A DNA stretch of 64,000 bases, from positions 286,591-350,590 of the forward strand of contig JBGSXW010000002.1 of NCBI GenBank assembly GCA_041751215.1, read 5' to 3'. The notes under the pieces are model-generated. The model searched no databases, was not told where the DNA came from, and was given only the letters and a program-made list of their open reading frames with translations. A program made the position numbers and the translations under genes. Source of the DNA: Candidatus Saccharimonadales bacterium. Its GTDB lineage: Bacteria; Patescibacteriota; Saccharimonadia; Saccharimonadales; JBGSXW01. This document shows, one piece after another, positions 1 to 10,683 of this stretch. Every line of letters starts with the position of its first letter. Position 1 is the stretch's first letter.

Positions 1-1891
<1,891 letters not shown>

Positions 1892-1895
<4 letters not shown>

Positions 1896-3316
1896 CGTTT
1901 AACCTCGATGGTAGCTTTGTCCATCATCTTAGCCTTGCCGGCTGCATAAGTTGCGTCGTCGGTAACTTTGGCTGCTACGCTGTTTGCAATCGACTTCATG
2001 CCCTCGATATCAACAACTGCATTAGGAGGAATGTCGAGTGTGGCATCAAGCATGAGCTGTTGGGCTGTAACAGAGTAGCTCTCGCCTGGAGCCTGCGTAA
2101 ATATTTCGAATAAGTGTTGTCCGAGCTCTAAGTCTTTTCTAACTTCAAGTGCTAACTCCGAGCCAAAGTGAGAAAATTCAGCCGCTCGTTTGTATTCGCT
2201 TAAAGCCCGAATAACACGGTCGCCTAGCAGCTTTTGCCGAGCGCTGTGCCCGCGCCCACCAACACGAGATACCGAAAGCCCAGTGTTAATTGCTGGTCTG
2301 GTGCCGTCCCTAAAAATCTCCATGTCAAGAATTAGCTGCCCATCGGTTATAGACATGATGTTGGTTGGTAGATAAGCTGTTACATCGCCCCCAGGAACCA
2401 ACACAATTGGCAGGGCGGTTAACGATTTGTGACTCGATTTTAGGCGGCCGGCACGCTCAAGCAAAGACGAGTGAGCAAAAAACATGTCGCCCGGATACGA
2501 GTCGCGGCCTGGATTTCCGTTAGCTAGCAGCGATATCTCTCTGTAAACCAAGGCGTGTGAAGTCAGGTCGTCGTAAATAATAATGACGTCTCGACCCTTT
2601 TCTTGCCAAAGATACTCAGCCAGTGAGCAGGCAACGTATGGTGCCAGGTAAGACATCACCAGCGAATCAAACATCGTAGAAACTAGTACGATCGAGTTTT
2701 TAAGCGAATCATGTTCGCCAAGTTTTTTTAGCAAATCATCAACATCAGCTCGTCGTTTAGAAATAAGACAGTAAATTACAATTCGGTCGCTGTTTTTTTG
2801 ATTAAAACCGAGTTGGCTCATTAGGGTGGTTTTGCCAGACTTACTGTCGCCGAGCACGGCGATGCGCTGACCTAGCACGATTGGAAACAAAGCATCAACA
2901 GACGTAATGCCGGTTTCTAGTTGCTGACCTAGCAGCTCGCGCTCCATGATTCCCGGTGCTTTATTAAACACTGGCCAGGTCGCATCGGCTGCAATGGCTC
3001 CTTTGCCGTCGAGCGGCTGTCCGGTCGCAGAGACAACCCGGCCAATGTAGTCCTCACCAACTTTGGCAACTAGCTCGTGGTGCTGAACCACCACGCCCAT
3101 GCCAGTTGTTAGCGGCTTGCTGCCAAGATGCAAGGCCACGGTGTTGTCCTCGTTTACGACATGAACGACTCCTTTGCTACCATCGGCAAACATCAGTAAC
3201 GCCTGAGCAGTAACCGGCTGTAAGCCACGGATAGTAACCAAAAAGCGGTTAATAGACATTACCTCGCCAACCGGCTGACCCTGATCTACTAAGTATTTGA
3301 AGTGCTTGTTAGCCAT
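1892..3316 (-). CDS. atpA: ATP synthase F1 alpha subunit
   Basis: 474 aa with Walker [11 protein letters not shown], an alpha-type core ([17 protein letters not shown]) and the expected operon position. Confidence 0.95.
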
Positions 3317-3318
3317 GA

Positions 3319-3825
3319 CTAGCTACTGATTTCTTTCATGACTTTTGCAAAGGCGGTGGTGCTACGGTTTAGCTTAGTGCGAATCGCCCAGTCGTAGCGA
3401 CGCTTACTGGTGTGTAAAACGCAGCCGGCAGCGATTGCTGGCTGAACTCCAAGCTGAACAAGTACTTGTGGATGAACTTCTTTACGAAACCACTCAACGA
3501 CCTTAGACATCGAGTCATCTCCGGGCTCGCCGGCCAAACTTAAACGAACTCGAGGCGCTTGAGTTCGCAGTTGGTGCAGCTGCCGAGAAACTTGCGGCAA
3601 AGTTTGCTCATCAAATTCTAAACCGTTAACCTTAAACAAATCCGATAGACGCACGCCCGGTCTGCTAATTGATCGTTCTGCTCCGGCTTGTTCTTTGGCA
3701 ACTCTGGCTTGCAGCAGCTCCTCCACTAGCCGATCGGCCTCTCGCTCTAAATGCAGCAAGTCTTGTGGACCAACCACAGAGGTTGGTAACTTAAGAGCAA
3801 TAATTGCTGGCTGCTTAGGCTCCAC
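3319..3825 (-). CDS. atpH: ATP synthase delta (OSCP) subunit
   Basis: 168 aa between the b and alpha genes. The call rests mainly on size and operon position; sequence similarity is weak. Confidence 0.65.
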   Translation of the reverse strand: MEPKQPAIIALKLPTSVVGPQDLLHLEREADRLVEELLQARVAKEQAGAERSISRPGVRLSDLFKVNGLEFDEQTLPQVSRQLHQLRTQAPRVRLSLAGEPGDDSMSKVVEWFRKEVHPQVLVQLGVQPAIAAGCVLHTSKRRYDWAIRTKLNRSTTAFAKVMKEISS

Positions 3826-4435
3826 TCTTCACATCCTCGATTATATCTTTCTTGTTGTCTTCAAGGTGTTTGAGGACGTAATCTAGCTGATCGCTCAAAT
3901 CGAGCTCAGATCCGATGGCTTCGATAATGTAGTGATTCAAAATCTCGCCCATGTTTTGCTCAAACTTAGTGATGAGCTGGGTTTTCTCGGCCTCAACTTG
4001 CTGCTTGAGTTGTTGTTCTAGCTGCTCTCTTTGTTGTTCGATTGCGACTTGAGTTCGCTGGATTGACGCCACAGCTTGTTCTTTGGCATCATTGATCGAA
4101 ACTTCGTACTTAGCAAATTCTTGCTGAAGAACTTTAGTGAGCTCCTCTTTCATATACTCGTGCAGCTGGGAGGTTGTTAGCCGCAAGTCTTGCTGTAAAA
4201 AGTCCGCGTTTTCGGAGATGATTTTTTCGAAGTAGAGTCGGCCACGGTTTCGCAGTTCCTCACGAAAATCCTCGTTAAAAATCCGCTCCACATCCTCTTT
4301 GGCGGCATCAACAAGATCATCGCCTGATTTTTTCTTGTGGTGACGTCCGCCGCGAAGTGACATGGCAGCCCAAATAAAGCAAAGTGTGGCAGCTAAGATT
4401 GCAGCTATTAAAATGGCGAATTGATATGTTTCCAT
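3815..4435 (-). CDS. atpF: ATP synthase F0 b subunit
   Basis: A single N-terminal TM helix (FAILIAAILAATLCFIWAAM) followed by a long charged coiled coil, in the expected operon position. Confidence 0.7.
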   Translation of the reverse strand: METYQFAILIAAILAATLCFIWAAMSLRGGRHHKKKSGDDLVDAAKEDVERIFNEDFREELRNRGRLYFEKIISENADFLQQDLRLTTSQLHEYMKEELTKVLQQEFAKYEVSINDAKEQAVASIQRTQVAIEQQREQLEQQLKQQVEAEKTQLITKFEQNMGEILNHYIIEAIGSELDLSDQLDYVLKHLEDNKKDIIEDVKSGA

Positions 4436-4516
4436 CCCACCTCTGTTAGTTTAAGGTTATGGTTATCTGTTAAAGTATAGCAGAATTTAGAGCTTGAAGC
4501 CGTACCTTTTTTGGCG

Positions 4517-4666
4517 CTTTTCACCAGTCAAGCACGCGGAAGACGGGAGCAGCACAGCTAAGTTGTACACCTCGTACTACTTGCGAGTAGCGGTCCGTCT
4601 GACAAAGCGTCCGCAGAGCAAGCTGCTTTGCAGCTTGGCAGGCGGACGCTGATTGGCGGTGAAAAG
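4517..4666. other. GC-rich nested-hairpin element (about 150 nt), unassigned
   Basis: Closing stem CTTTTCACC (4517-4525) / GGTGAAAAG (4658-4666). It encloses stem AGACGG/CCGTCT (4541-4546/4595-4600) and a 17-bp interrupted hairpin AGCGTCCGC-CAAGCTGC-ttt-GCAGCTTG-GCGGACGCT (4606-4650). Confidence 0.35.
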
Positions 4667-4677
4667 AGGCAAAAACA

Positions 4678-4730
4678 AAGAAAAAAGGACCCTGTTGCGC
4701 TTTTGATTGATGTATCAAAAACTAGGGTCC
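4678..4730 (-). terminator. Intrinsic terminator of ORF 4786-5553
   Basis: On the minus strand: GGACCCT, a 30-nt AT-rich loop, AGGGTCC, then TTTTTTCTTTG. It is homologous to the terminator at 25741-25791. Confidence 0.6.
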
Positions 4731-4785
4731 TTGCCGAAGGAGATCATCGTTGTCCCTTCGGGGTCTCATGTGGAGGCGTGGAGGC

Positions 4786-5553
4786 TCAGCCCTCGAACAT
4801 GTGCGGCTTGCCGCGAGGTTCGTCTGGTGTGTCGATTTTTTCGCCGCGGCGAAAACCCCAGGGCCCACCGGCCAGCCAAACCTTTCTCGGCTGGCTCTCC
4901 ACCTCGATTGGCGGGTCCTTGGCGAAGTCGAACTGATCGACCTCGTCGTCGGGGAAGCCCGCAGTATTCCCGCAGCTGGGGCAGGCGTAGCCGGAGCCGG
5001 CCTTGACCATGGGAACGCCGCAGGTCATGCACATCGGTGCCTCCGATGCCAGCGTGGTCGGGTCGTCGTCGACGGCACCGACAGGCGGGTTGGCACCGAT
5101 CGCTTCCGAGAAGTCGTCGAAGACCTTGTCGGGGACGTCGGCGTCCAGAGCCTCGGGGCCACGGAGCATCCGATCGACTTCGGCTTCGGCGCCCTGGAGG
5201 GGCACGACGTCGCGGTCGACATCGGTCTCGGACGTCATCACGGCACGGACGCGGAAGCTGATGTTGCCCGGGATGACCTTGTCACGCAGGCAGTCAGCAA
5301 CCTTGACGAGCAGCGGTGGTCCGATCTTGTTCGCGTCGGCGGGACACGACGCTGTGGGCCAACCGACCACCACGGTGATCTGGCGATCGCCGCTGTCGTA
5401 GGGACCAGCCTCGCTGAACGTTGTGTCGCACACGGATCGATCGAGCTGCTCCATCACGATCTTGGGAAGCTCGTTGGCCAGACGGTCAAGGTCCATGGAG
5501 CTGAGGACCGAACCGCGAAAGTTCGGGTAGTAGTGAACGTGGACCGACAACAT
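4786..5553 (-). CDS. Hypothetical acidic protein with a C-terminal-half zinc ribbon (GC-rich island)
   Basis: 255 aa with RBS AAAGGAG and the ribbon CMTCGVPMVKAGSGYACPSCG. About 63-70% G+C by hand count of two lines. The overlapping long ORFs on both strands are shadows. Confidence 0.7.
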   Translation of the reverse strand: MLSVHVHYYPNFRGSVLSSMDLDRLANELPKIVMEQLDRSVCDTTFSEAGPYDSGDRQITVVVGWPTASCPADANKIGPPLLVKVADCLRDKVIPGNISFRVRAVMTSETDVDRDVVPLQGAEAEVDRMLRGPEALDADVPDKVFDDFSEAIGANPPVGAVDDDPTTLASEAPMCMTCGVPMVKAGSGYACPSCGNTAGFPDDEVDQFDFAKDPPIEVESQPRKVWLAGGPWGFRRGEKIDTPDEPRGKPHMFEG

Positions 5554-5574
5554 GCCGATCTCCTTTCATGAGAG

Positions 5575-5655
5575 GTGCAATTGCACGGATGTGCAATCTG
5601 TTCTTCACACATTGCGAAGTTTTTCGATTATACCACAAGGTTAGTGTAAAATCAA
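5575..5655 (-). promoter_or_regulatory. Promoter plus operator-like palindromes for ORF 4786-5553
   Basis: Minus strand TTGATT (5655-5650), 17 nt, TATAAT (5632-5627). The 5' UTR carries GTGCAATTGCAC-ggat-GTGCAAT (5575-5597). Confidence 0.5.
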
Positions 5656-6824
5656 GATCTCAAACTGGGGTCGGAGAGGGCGTTGGCAATCACTTTAGCG
5701 GCGCTGCTAACATCAGCTTCGCTACTTAGGCGACCAAGCGTAAAGCGCAGTGTTCCACTGGCTTCTTCTCCGTCCAGACCGATCGCAGCCAAAACGTGTG
5801 AAACGTCCTCTTTGTTGGCGCTACAAGCTGCCCCGGTTGCACACTGCACACCCAGTTCATCAAGCAACATGACCGCCCTCTCCCCGTCGATTCCGGGTAA
5901 AGTAACGCTCAAATTGTTTGGCAAATGAGCCTTTTTATGTCCATTCACCTGAATCTCAGGAATGGCTTTGGTTAAGCTTTTTTGAATGCTAACTCGCAAA
6001 GCCCGAACTCGCTTTGATTCGGCACTTCTCATCTGTTGTGAAGCCACCAAAGCCGCTGCAAAACCAACACTCTGGGCAATGTTTTCGGTTCCGCTACGCA
6101 AGCCGTATTCCTGACCTCCGCCTAGAACCAATGGGCTCAGCTTAATTCCTGCTCGCACATACAAGCAGCCTGACTGTTTTGGCCCGTAAATCTTGCCTCC
6201 ATTTAAGGTCATCAGGTCAACGCCGAGGGCATCAACCCGCAAATCTAGGTAATTCGCTGCCTGGCAGGCATCGGTATGAAAATACAGCGGAGTTTTGACG
6301 TCGCGGTCTTGGCGATCCGCTCGCACAGCTTTTATAGCTTCGGAAATCTCTTTAAGCGGTTGAATGGTGCCAATTTCATTATTGGCATACATCACGCTAA
6401 CTAAAGCCACGTCATCTGTTATGGCTTTGGTTAGGGCGACGAGATCAACTACTCCGACGTTGTCTACCTTCACGATTTTTGCATCCACACTTTTTGCTGG
6501 TTGCAAGACCGAATCGTGCTCGATAGCCGAAACTACAGCCTTGCTGCCGCTATTCGCATCGATAACTCCGCGAATTGCTAGATTATTAGCCTCGGTACCG
6601 CCAGCTGTAAAGATAATTTCACCAGGCTTGGCGCCTAACACGCCAGCTACTTGCTTCCGCGCCGCTTCGTAAGCTAGGCGAACATCTCTGGCCGCGATAT
6701 AAACCGCCGAGGGGTTGTAAAACTGATCCGCAGAATATGGCTCCATGGCTTTTTTAACTGCTGAGTCAATCGGTGTCGCCGCTGCGTGATCGAGATAAAT
6801 TGCATTCTTCATACTAGTTGACAT
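5652..6824 (-). CDS. Cysteine desulfurase (class V aminotransferase, NifS/IscS-like)
   Basis: 390 aa with HTDACQA, the PLP-lysine context LNGGKIYGPKQSG, and the C-terminal active-site loop CATGAACSA. Confidence 0.9.
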   Translation of the reverse strand: MSTSMKNAIYLDHAAATPIDSAVKKAMEPYSADQFYNPSAVYIAARDVRLAYEAARKQVAGVLGAKPGEIIFTAGGTEANNLAIRGVIDANSGSKAVVSAIEHDSVLQPAKSVDAKIVKVDNVGVVDLVALTKAITDDVALVSVMYANNEIGTIQPLKEISEAIKAVRADRQDRDVKTPLYFHTDACQAANYLDLRVDALGVDLMTLNGGKIYGPKQSGCLYVRAGIKLSPLVLGGGQEYGLRSGTENIAQSVGFAAALVASQQMRSAESKRVRALRVSIQKSLTKAIPEIQVNGHKKAHLPNNLSVTLPGIDGERAVMLLDELGVQCATGAACSANKEDVSHVLAAIGLDGEEASGTLRFTLGRLSSEADVSSAAKVIANALSDPSLRS

Positions 6825-6886
6825 CGTATCTAGTATATCGTATTTGGTATACCGCGAGATACGAGATACTTATTGCTAGATACTAA

Positions 6887-7252
6887 TTAGATAGCAGGCT
6901 GTCGGTGATAGACTTCTTCGGTCACGCGCTGATAATAAACTCGGGCTGCTTGGAGCAAGTTTTGTAGCTCTTGGCCACGCACGTAGTGATACTGTTGGCC
7001 GTCTTGGACTTTTACTACTCCGGTTGGGCGAATTTCGTATCTGGTAGTTACCGACTGCTCTTGTCCGTTGGCATCGGTCCAACCCTCGTACCAAACCCAA
7101 GTTTTTGAGTCCAGGCAAAAGAAGTCACGTCGATGTCCTTTTGGCACATGTCCAAACAGCTGGCCACCGATCTTTGCTTCTTGCTTAATAAGGCTGCGAA
7201 CAACGTTTTTGGCCTTTGGTGGTGTAAAAAACTGTGTAAGTTGAGTAAACAT
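6887..7252 (-). CDS. Hypothetical protein
   Basis: 121-aa ORF with backbone composition in a co-directional gene block. No motif recognised. Confidence 0.55.
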   Translation of the reverse strand: MFTQLTQFFTPPKAKNVVRSLIKQEAKIGGQLFGHVPKGHRRDFFCLDSKTWVWYEGWTDANGQEQSVTTRYEIRPTGVVKVQDGQQYHYVRGQELQNLLQAARVYYQRVTEEVYHRQPAI

Positions 7253-7261
7253 AGCTTCTCC

Positions 7262-7540
7262 TTACGCCGCCAGTTGGCGGGGCTCCTCGGCTGCTGCCGT
7301 TAGTTCGCGCTGGGAAATAACTAGGTCGCTGATGTAGCCAAGCTGGGTGGCAATGTAGGCTTCTTGTTCCGGTGTTAGCGGTGCTTGTTCTGCGGTAGCT
7401 ACTGGTGTGGTTTCTTGGCCTGGAACCAATGACACAACTGATTGGGGCGGATTTGTGATAACTGGAGCAACATCAAATCTTGGCACCTCATAAGTGCCGT
7501 CTTGAAGCTGTTCCGGTGATACAAACTGTCCGTCTGCCAT
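7262..7540 (-). CDS. Hypothetical protein
   Basis: 92-aa ORF tightly packed between neighbouring genes. No motif recognised. Confidence 0.45.
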   Translation of the reverse strand: MADGQFVSPEQLQDGTYEVPRFDVAPVITNPPQSVVSLVPGQETTPVATAEQAPLTPEQEAYIATQLGYISDLVISQRELTAAAEEPRQLAA

Positions 7541-7552
7541 GTTGTCTCCTTG

Positions 7553-8341
7553 TTACAGGTTAAAAAGTCTAGTGGCGTTTGCTGAGGTGGTATCGGTTAG
7601 CGTACTAATCGACTCCCCTCTTAGCTTGGCCAAGAACTCCGCCGTCAACACTAAGTGTTTAGGCTGGTTTATTGTACCACGTTTTGGGCTTGGGGTCAAG
7701 AATGGTGCATCCGTTTCTAGTAGCAGCCTCTCTTGTGGCACGGATTTGGCCGCCTCCAACTGACGTTCATCGCCCGTAAACGTCATGATCCCATTTAGCC
7801 CCACGTATAAGCCACGTGATATTACACCTGTTAACTCTGGTTGTCCAGCGGAAAAACTATGAACAACGCCGCGGATTTGCTTACCCTTAGCGTCATACTC
7901 ATCCAAAATTCTGAAAAAGTCAGTAAAAGCATCGCCCGGGTTGGACTTGCTGCCTCGGACATGAAAGATAAGCGGCAGGTCACTCTCTAGTGCTAGGTCT
8001 ATTTGCCACTTAAACAAAGTTTCCTGAATCTGTCTGGGCGAATGCTCATACCAGTAGTCAATACCGGTCTCGCCGACCGCTACAACTTTAGGGTCTAGTG
8101 CAAGTTCGGGCAAGCGACTGGTTTTAACATCGAAATGTTTGGCCTCATGCGGATGAATTCCAACAGTCGCCCAGCAATTTTTGCGGTTAGCTGCAAACTC
8201 GATGGCTAAGGCAGTGTCGCTCTCATCTGTTCCGACGCAGATAATTTTACCCACTCCAGCATCGAACGCGGCTTTAAAAACCTCGTTTGAGTCTAACTGA
8301 TAGTCTTCTGAATGAATGTGACAATGGGTATCAATTAGCAT
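7553..8341 (-). CDS. tatD: TatD-family metal-dependent hydrolase/DNase
   Basis: Starts MLIDTHCHIH and contains GETGIDY, VHSFSAG and LLLETDAPFL. Confidence 0.9.
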   Translation of the reverse strand: MLIDTHCHIHSEDYQLDSNEVFKAAFDAGVGKIICVGTDESDTALAIEFAANRKNCWATVGIHPHEAKHFDVKTSRLPELALDPKVVAVGETGIDYWYEHSPRQIQETLFKWQIDLALESDLPLIFHVRGSKSNPGDAFTDFFRILDEYDAKGKQIRGVVHSFSAGQPELTGVISRGLYVGLNGIMTFTGDERQLEAAKSVPQERLLLETDAPFLTPSPKRGTINQPKHLVLTAEFLAKLRGESISTLTDTTSANATRLFNL

Positions 8342-8374
8342 GTTTGAATTCTACCATGCCACCGCGAGCATTAA

Positions 8375-8403
8375 TTGTAAAGTTTATGCTTTTGTGTTAT
8401 AAT
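8375..8403 (+). promoter_or_regulatory. Sigma70-like promoter of the mini-membrane-protein pair
   Basis: TTGTAA (8375-8380), 17 nt, TATAAT (8398-8403). Confidence 0.55.
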
Positions 8404-8460
8404 CACCACGTTTCAGGGAGATTCTCTGGAAGTACTCTACCAAGAAGGGAGCTGTGGCTT

Positions 8461-8667
8461 ATGCTGCTCTACCAGGGCATGCTCGCGTTTGGAGTTGTCG
8501 GACTGATCCTCGGCATCGGAATGTTCGCAAGAGAAGCGATCAGAAACATTCGCCAAACAGGATCAAGTCTTGTCCCGGCGCTAGCTGGGTGCGCAATGGC
8601 TGTGGCGTCTGGCCTGGTCATCCCCTTCAGCTGGGGGGAAATCGTCCGGATCCAGGGGGTCTCATGA
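8461..8667 (+). CDS. Small two-TM membrane protein (GC-rich island)
   Basis: 68 aa: MLLYQGMLAFGVVGLILGIGMF...CAMAVASGLVIPF. RBS AAGGGAG lies 8 nt upstream. The start was re-picked inside track ORF 8287-8667. Confidence 0.55.
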   Translation: MLLYQGMLAFGVVGLILGIGMFAREAIRNIRQTGSSLVPALAGCAMAVASGLVIPFSWGEIVRIQGVS

Positions 8668-8873
8668 GCGCAAATGCAGTCGGAGTCATATTCCTGATCC
8701 TGGCCTTGCCGGCCGGAATCACCCACCACGCGTGGGAGGCGGCGAAGAATCGCAAGATCGTCGCCCCTGGCGAAGAACTCGGGCCGACCATGCTCAAGCT
8801 CTACGACGGTGCCGTCGTGCTCGCGTTCCTTCTCATATCAGTCGGGTTCTTCCGCCAGGGAGGGCTCATCTAG
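8664..8873 (+). CDS. Small two-TM membrane protein, translationally coupled (GC-rich island)
   Basis: 69 aa: MSANAVGVIFLILALPAGI...GAVVLAFLLISVGFF. ATGA overlap with the preceding ORF. The start was re-picked inside track ORF 8454-8873. Confidence 0.55.
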   Translation: MSANAVGVIFLILALPAGITHHAWEAAKNRKIVAPGEELGPTMLKLYDGAVVLAFLLISVGFFRQGGLI

Positions 8874-9209
8874 TAAGGTTGGGGCACCTTGACCACTTTT
8901 CTCTCCGAGAAAATGTCTAAACGCCCCACAACCAGAGTGCTTAATTATCGATTGAGCCCTGCGGTTGGAGGAATGACGGAATAAGATGTAAAAAGACGCA
9001 ATCATTTCGCCCGCATCGACTAAAACCTCTGAACTTGTAAGGACAGAACATGGCGTGACGAGGACTGTTCATACGTACTCCGCAGTAACCCAAGTTCTGT
9101 GCGAAACAAGTTCATGAGTGTTTTAGTAGCAGCGGGGTAGTTTTGAGCCACTTTATGAAAAGTGGCAATACCCCCGTCGCGGGAGCGACAAGGCAAATCT
9201 GAAAATGCC

Positions 9210-10661
9210 TCAGTGCTTAGGACTGGAATGATTTTCGATGCGAGGAAAAAACGCGCCGTCATAATTCTTAACCACGCCTGAACCAAACACTTCGTTGATT
9301 TTGCTGGCAGTTTTGGGTAAGAAGGGCTCAAGCAGAATTGCCGTCTGCAATAAACTGCTACAAACGTAAGCTAACACCTCAGATAAATGCTCAGTATCGT
9401 CTTTGGCTAGCACCCAGGGTTTTTCTTCATCGATGTACTGATTAAGGCCTCGGAACAATCCAAAAACATACTCGAGCGCTCGGTCAAACCTTAGGTTTGC
9501 AATGGCCTCGTCGTACGGGCCCCGATCGTGCTCGGCAGAGGGCATCGCGCCAATCATTCCCTGTTGGTATTTATTGAGCATGCTTGCAGTACGCTGCACT
9601 AAATTACCAAGTTCGTTGCCTAGCTCTCCGTTATAAACTCGTTCGAACTTCTCCCAGGTAAAGTCGCCGTCCTCGCCACTTGGTACATGTCGCAAAAAAT
9701 AATAGCGCATGGCTTCAGAGCCATAAACCGACACTATGTCCATTGGCGGAATACCGGTGCCTTCGCTTTTGCTCATTTTTCGGCCGCCAACAGTAATAAA
9801 ACCGTGAACAAATATAGTCGATGGCAACGGCAAGCCCAGGGCTAAGAGCATCCCTGGCCAAATTGCGGCATGAAAACGCAGAATGTCTTTGCCGACGACA
9901 TGAACGTCGCACGGCCAAAAGGTTTTAAAGTTCTCACCGTTTGGATAGCCGAGCGTTGTAATGTAGTTCATTAAGGCCTCAAACCAGACGTACATAACTT
10001 GGTTGTCATCACCTGGTACCGGAATTCCCCAGCTAATCTTGTCTTTGGGCCGCGAAATACTAATGTCAGTCAGCCCACGCTCAAATAAAGCTAAGATCTC
10101 GTTACGCCGGGTTGATGGCACAATTTTTAGGGTGTCGGTCTCTATTGCTTGCTTAACTTTTTCGGCAAAGGCGCTGAGTTTAAAGAAGTAATTTTCTTCT
10201 TCGATGGCCTGCAACCGAGCAAAACGCTCGGGGTCTTTGCGCTTTATCTCTTGGCCATCCTCGATAGTTAGAAATTCTTCTTCCTTTTGGTCGTAAAGAC
10301 CCTTGTAGGAGCCTTTGTAGATGTAGGGGGCAAGTTGCTTCCAGATAAATTGAGCACTTTGCACGTGCTGCGCCTCAGTTGTACGAACAAAGCGATCATA
10401 GCTAATGTCTAGTATCTTTGTTAAATCCACAAATGAAGCCACCACCTGATCGGCATAGCGCTCGGGTGAAACACCTAAACTTGTGGCTTTTTCGGATATT
10501 TTTCCGCCGTGCTCATCGGTTCCATAGCTAAAGAAGGTTTGGTCACCTTGTTGTCGATGGTAACGAGCTAAGACGTCAGCTTGGATCGCCTCTAAAGCAT
10601 GTCCGATATGCGGAACATCATTAACATAAGGAATGGCAGCTGCTACATAAAACTTGTTCAC
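9210..10661 (-). CDS. metG: Methionyl-tRNA synthetase (short form)
   Basis: 483 aa with the HIGH-type motif PHIGHA and KMSKS present (RKMSKSEG). Confidence 0.95.
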   Translation of the reverse strand: MNKFYVAAAIPYVNDVPHIGHALEAIQADVLARYHRQQGDQTFFSYGTDEHGGKISEKATSLGVSPERYADQVVASFVDLTKILDISYDRFVRTTEAQHVQSAQFIWKQLAPYIYKGSYKGLYDQKEEEFLTIEDGQEIKRKDPERFARLQAIEEENYFFKLSAFAEKVKQAIETDTLKIVPSTRRNEILALFERGLTDISISRPKDKISWGIPVPGDDNQVMYVWFEALMNYITTLGYPNGENFKTFWPCDVHVVGKDILRFHAAIWPGMLLALGLPLPSTIFVHGFITVGGRKMSKSEGTGIPPMDIVSVYGSEAMRYYFLRHVPSGEDGDFTWEKFERVYNGELGNELGNLVQRTASMLNKYQQGMIGAMPSAEHDRGPYDEAIANLRFDRALEYVFGLFRGLNQYIDEEKPWVLAKDDTEHLSEVLAYVCSSLLQTAILLEPFLPKTASKINEVFGSGVVKNYDGAFFPRIENHSSPKH

Positions 10662-10683
10662 GTAAATACTCGTACTTAATAAC

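Noticed and set aside
4517-4666. The idea that this element is the SRP (4.5S) RNA, because of CGGAAGACGGGAGCAGC resembling the CCGGAAGGAAGCAGC helix-8 motif.
   Set aside because: The GGAA is not at the apex of a hairpin. The bases flanking it (ACGC / GACG) do not pair beyond one C-G. The region folds better into a two-domain structure, so the match looks coincidental.
4628-5571. A stack of long overlapping ORFs on both strands (for example 4750-5571 plus, 273 aa; 5003-5401; 5037-5261).
   Set aside because: High GC suppresses stop codons in all frames. Only 4786-5553 (minus) has an RBS, a promoter, a terminator and a protein-like sequence with a zinc ribbon. The others are Arg/Gly/Ala-rich shadows.
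9020-9331. 103-aa minus-strand ORF overlapping the metG 3' end.
   Set aside because: It is out of frame with and overlaps metG, has no RBS, and its downstream part lies in a structured non-coding region.
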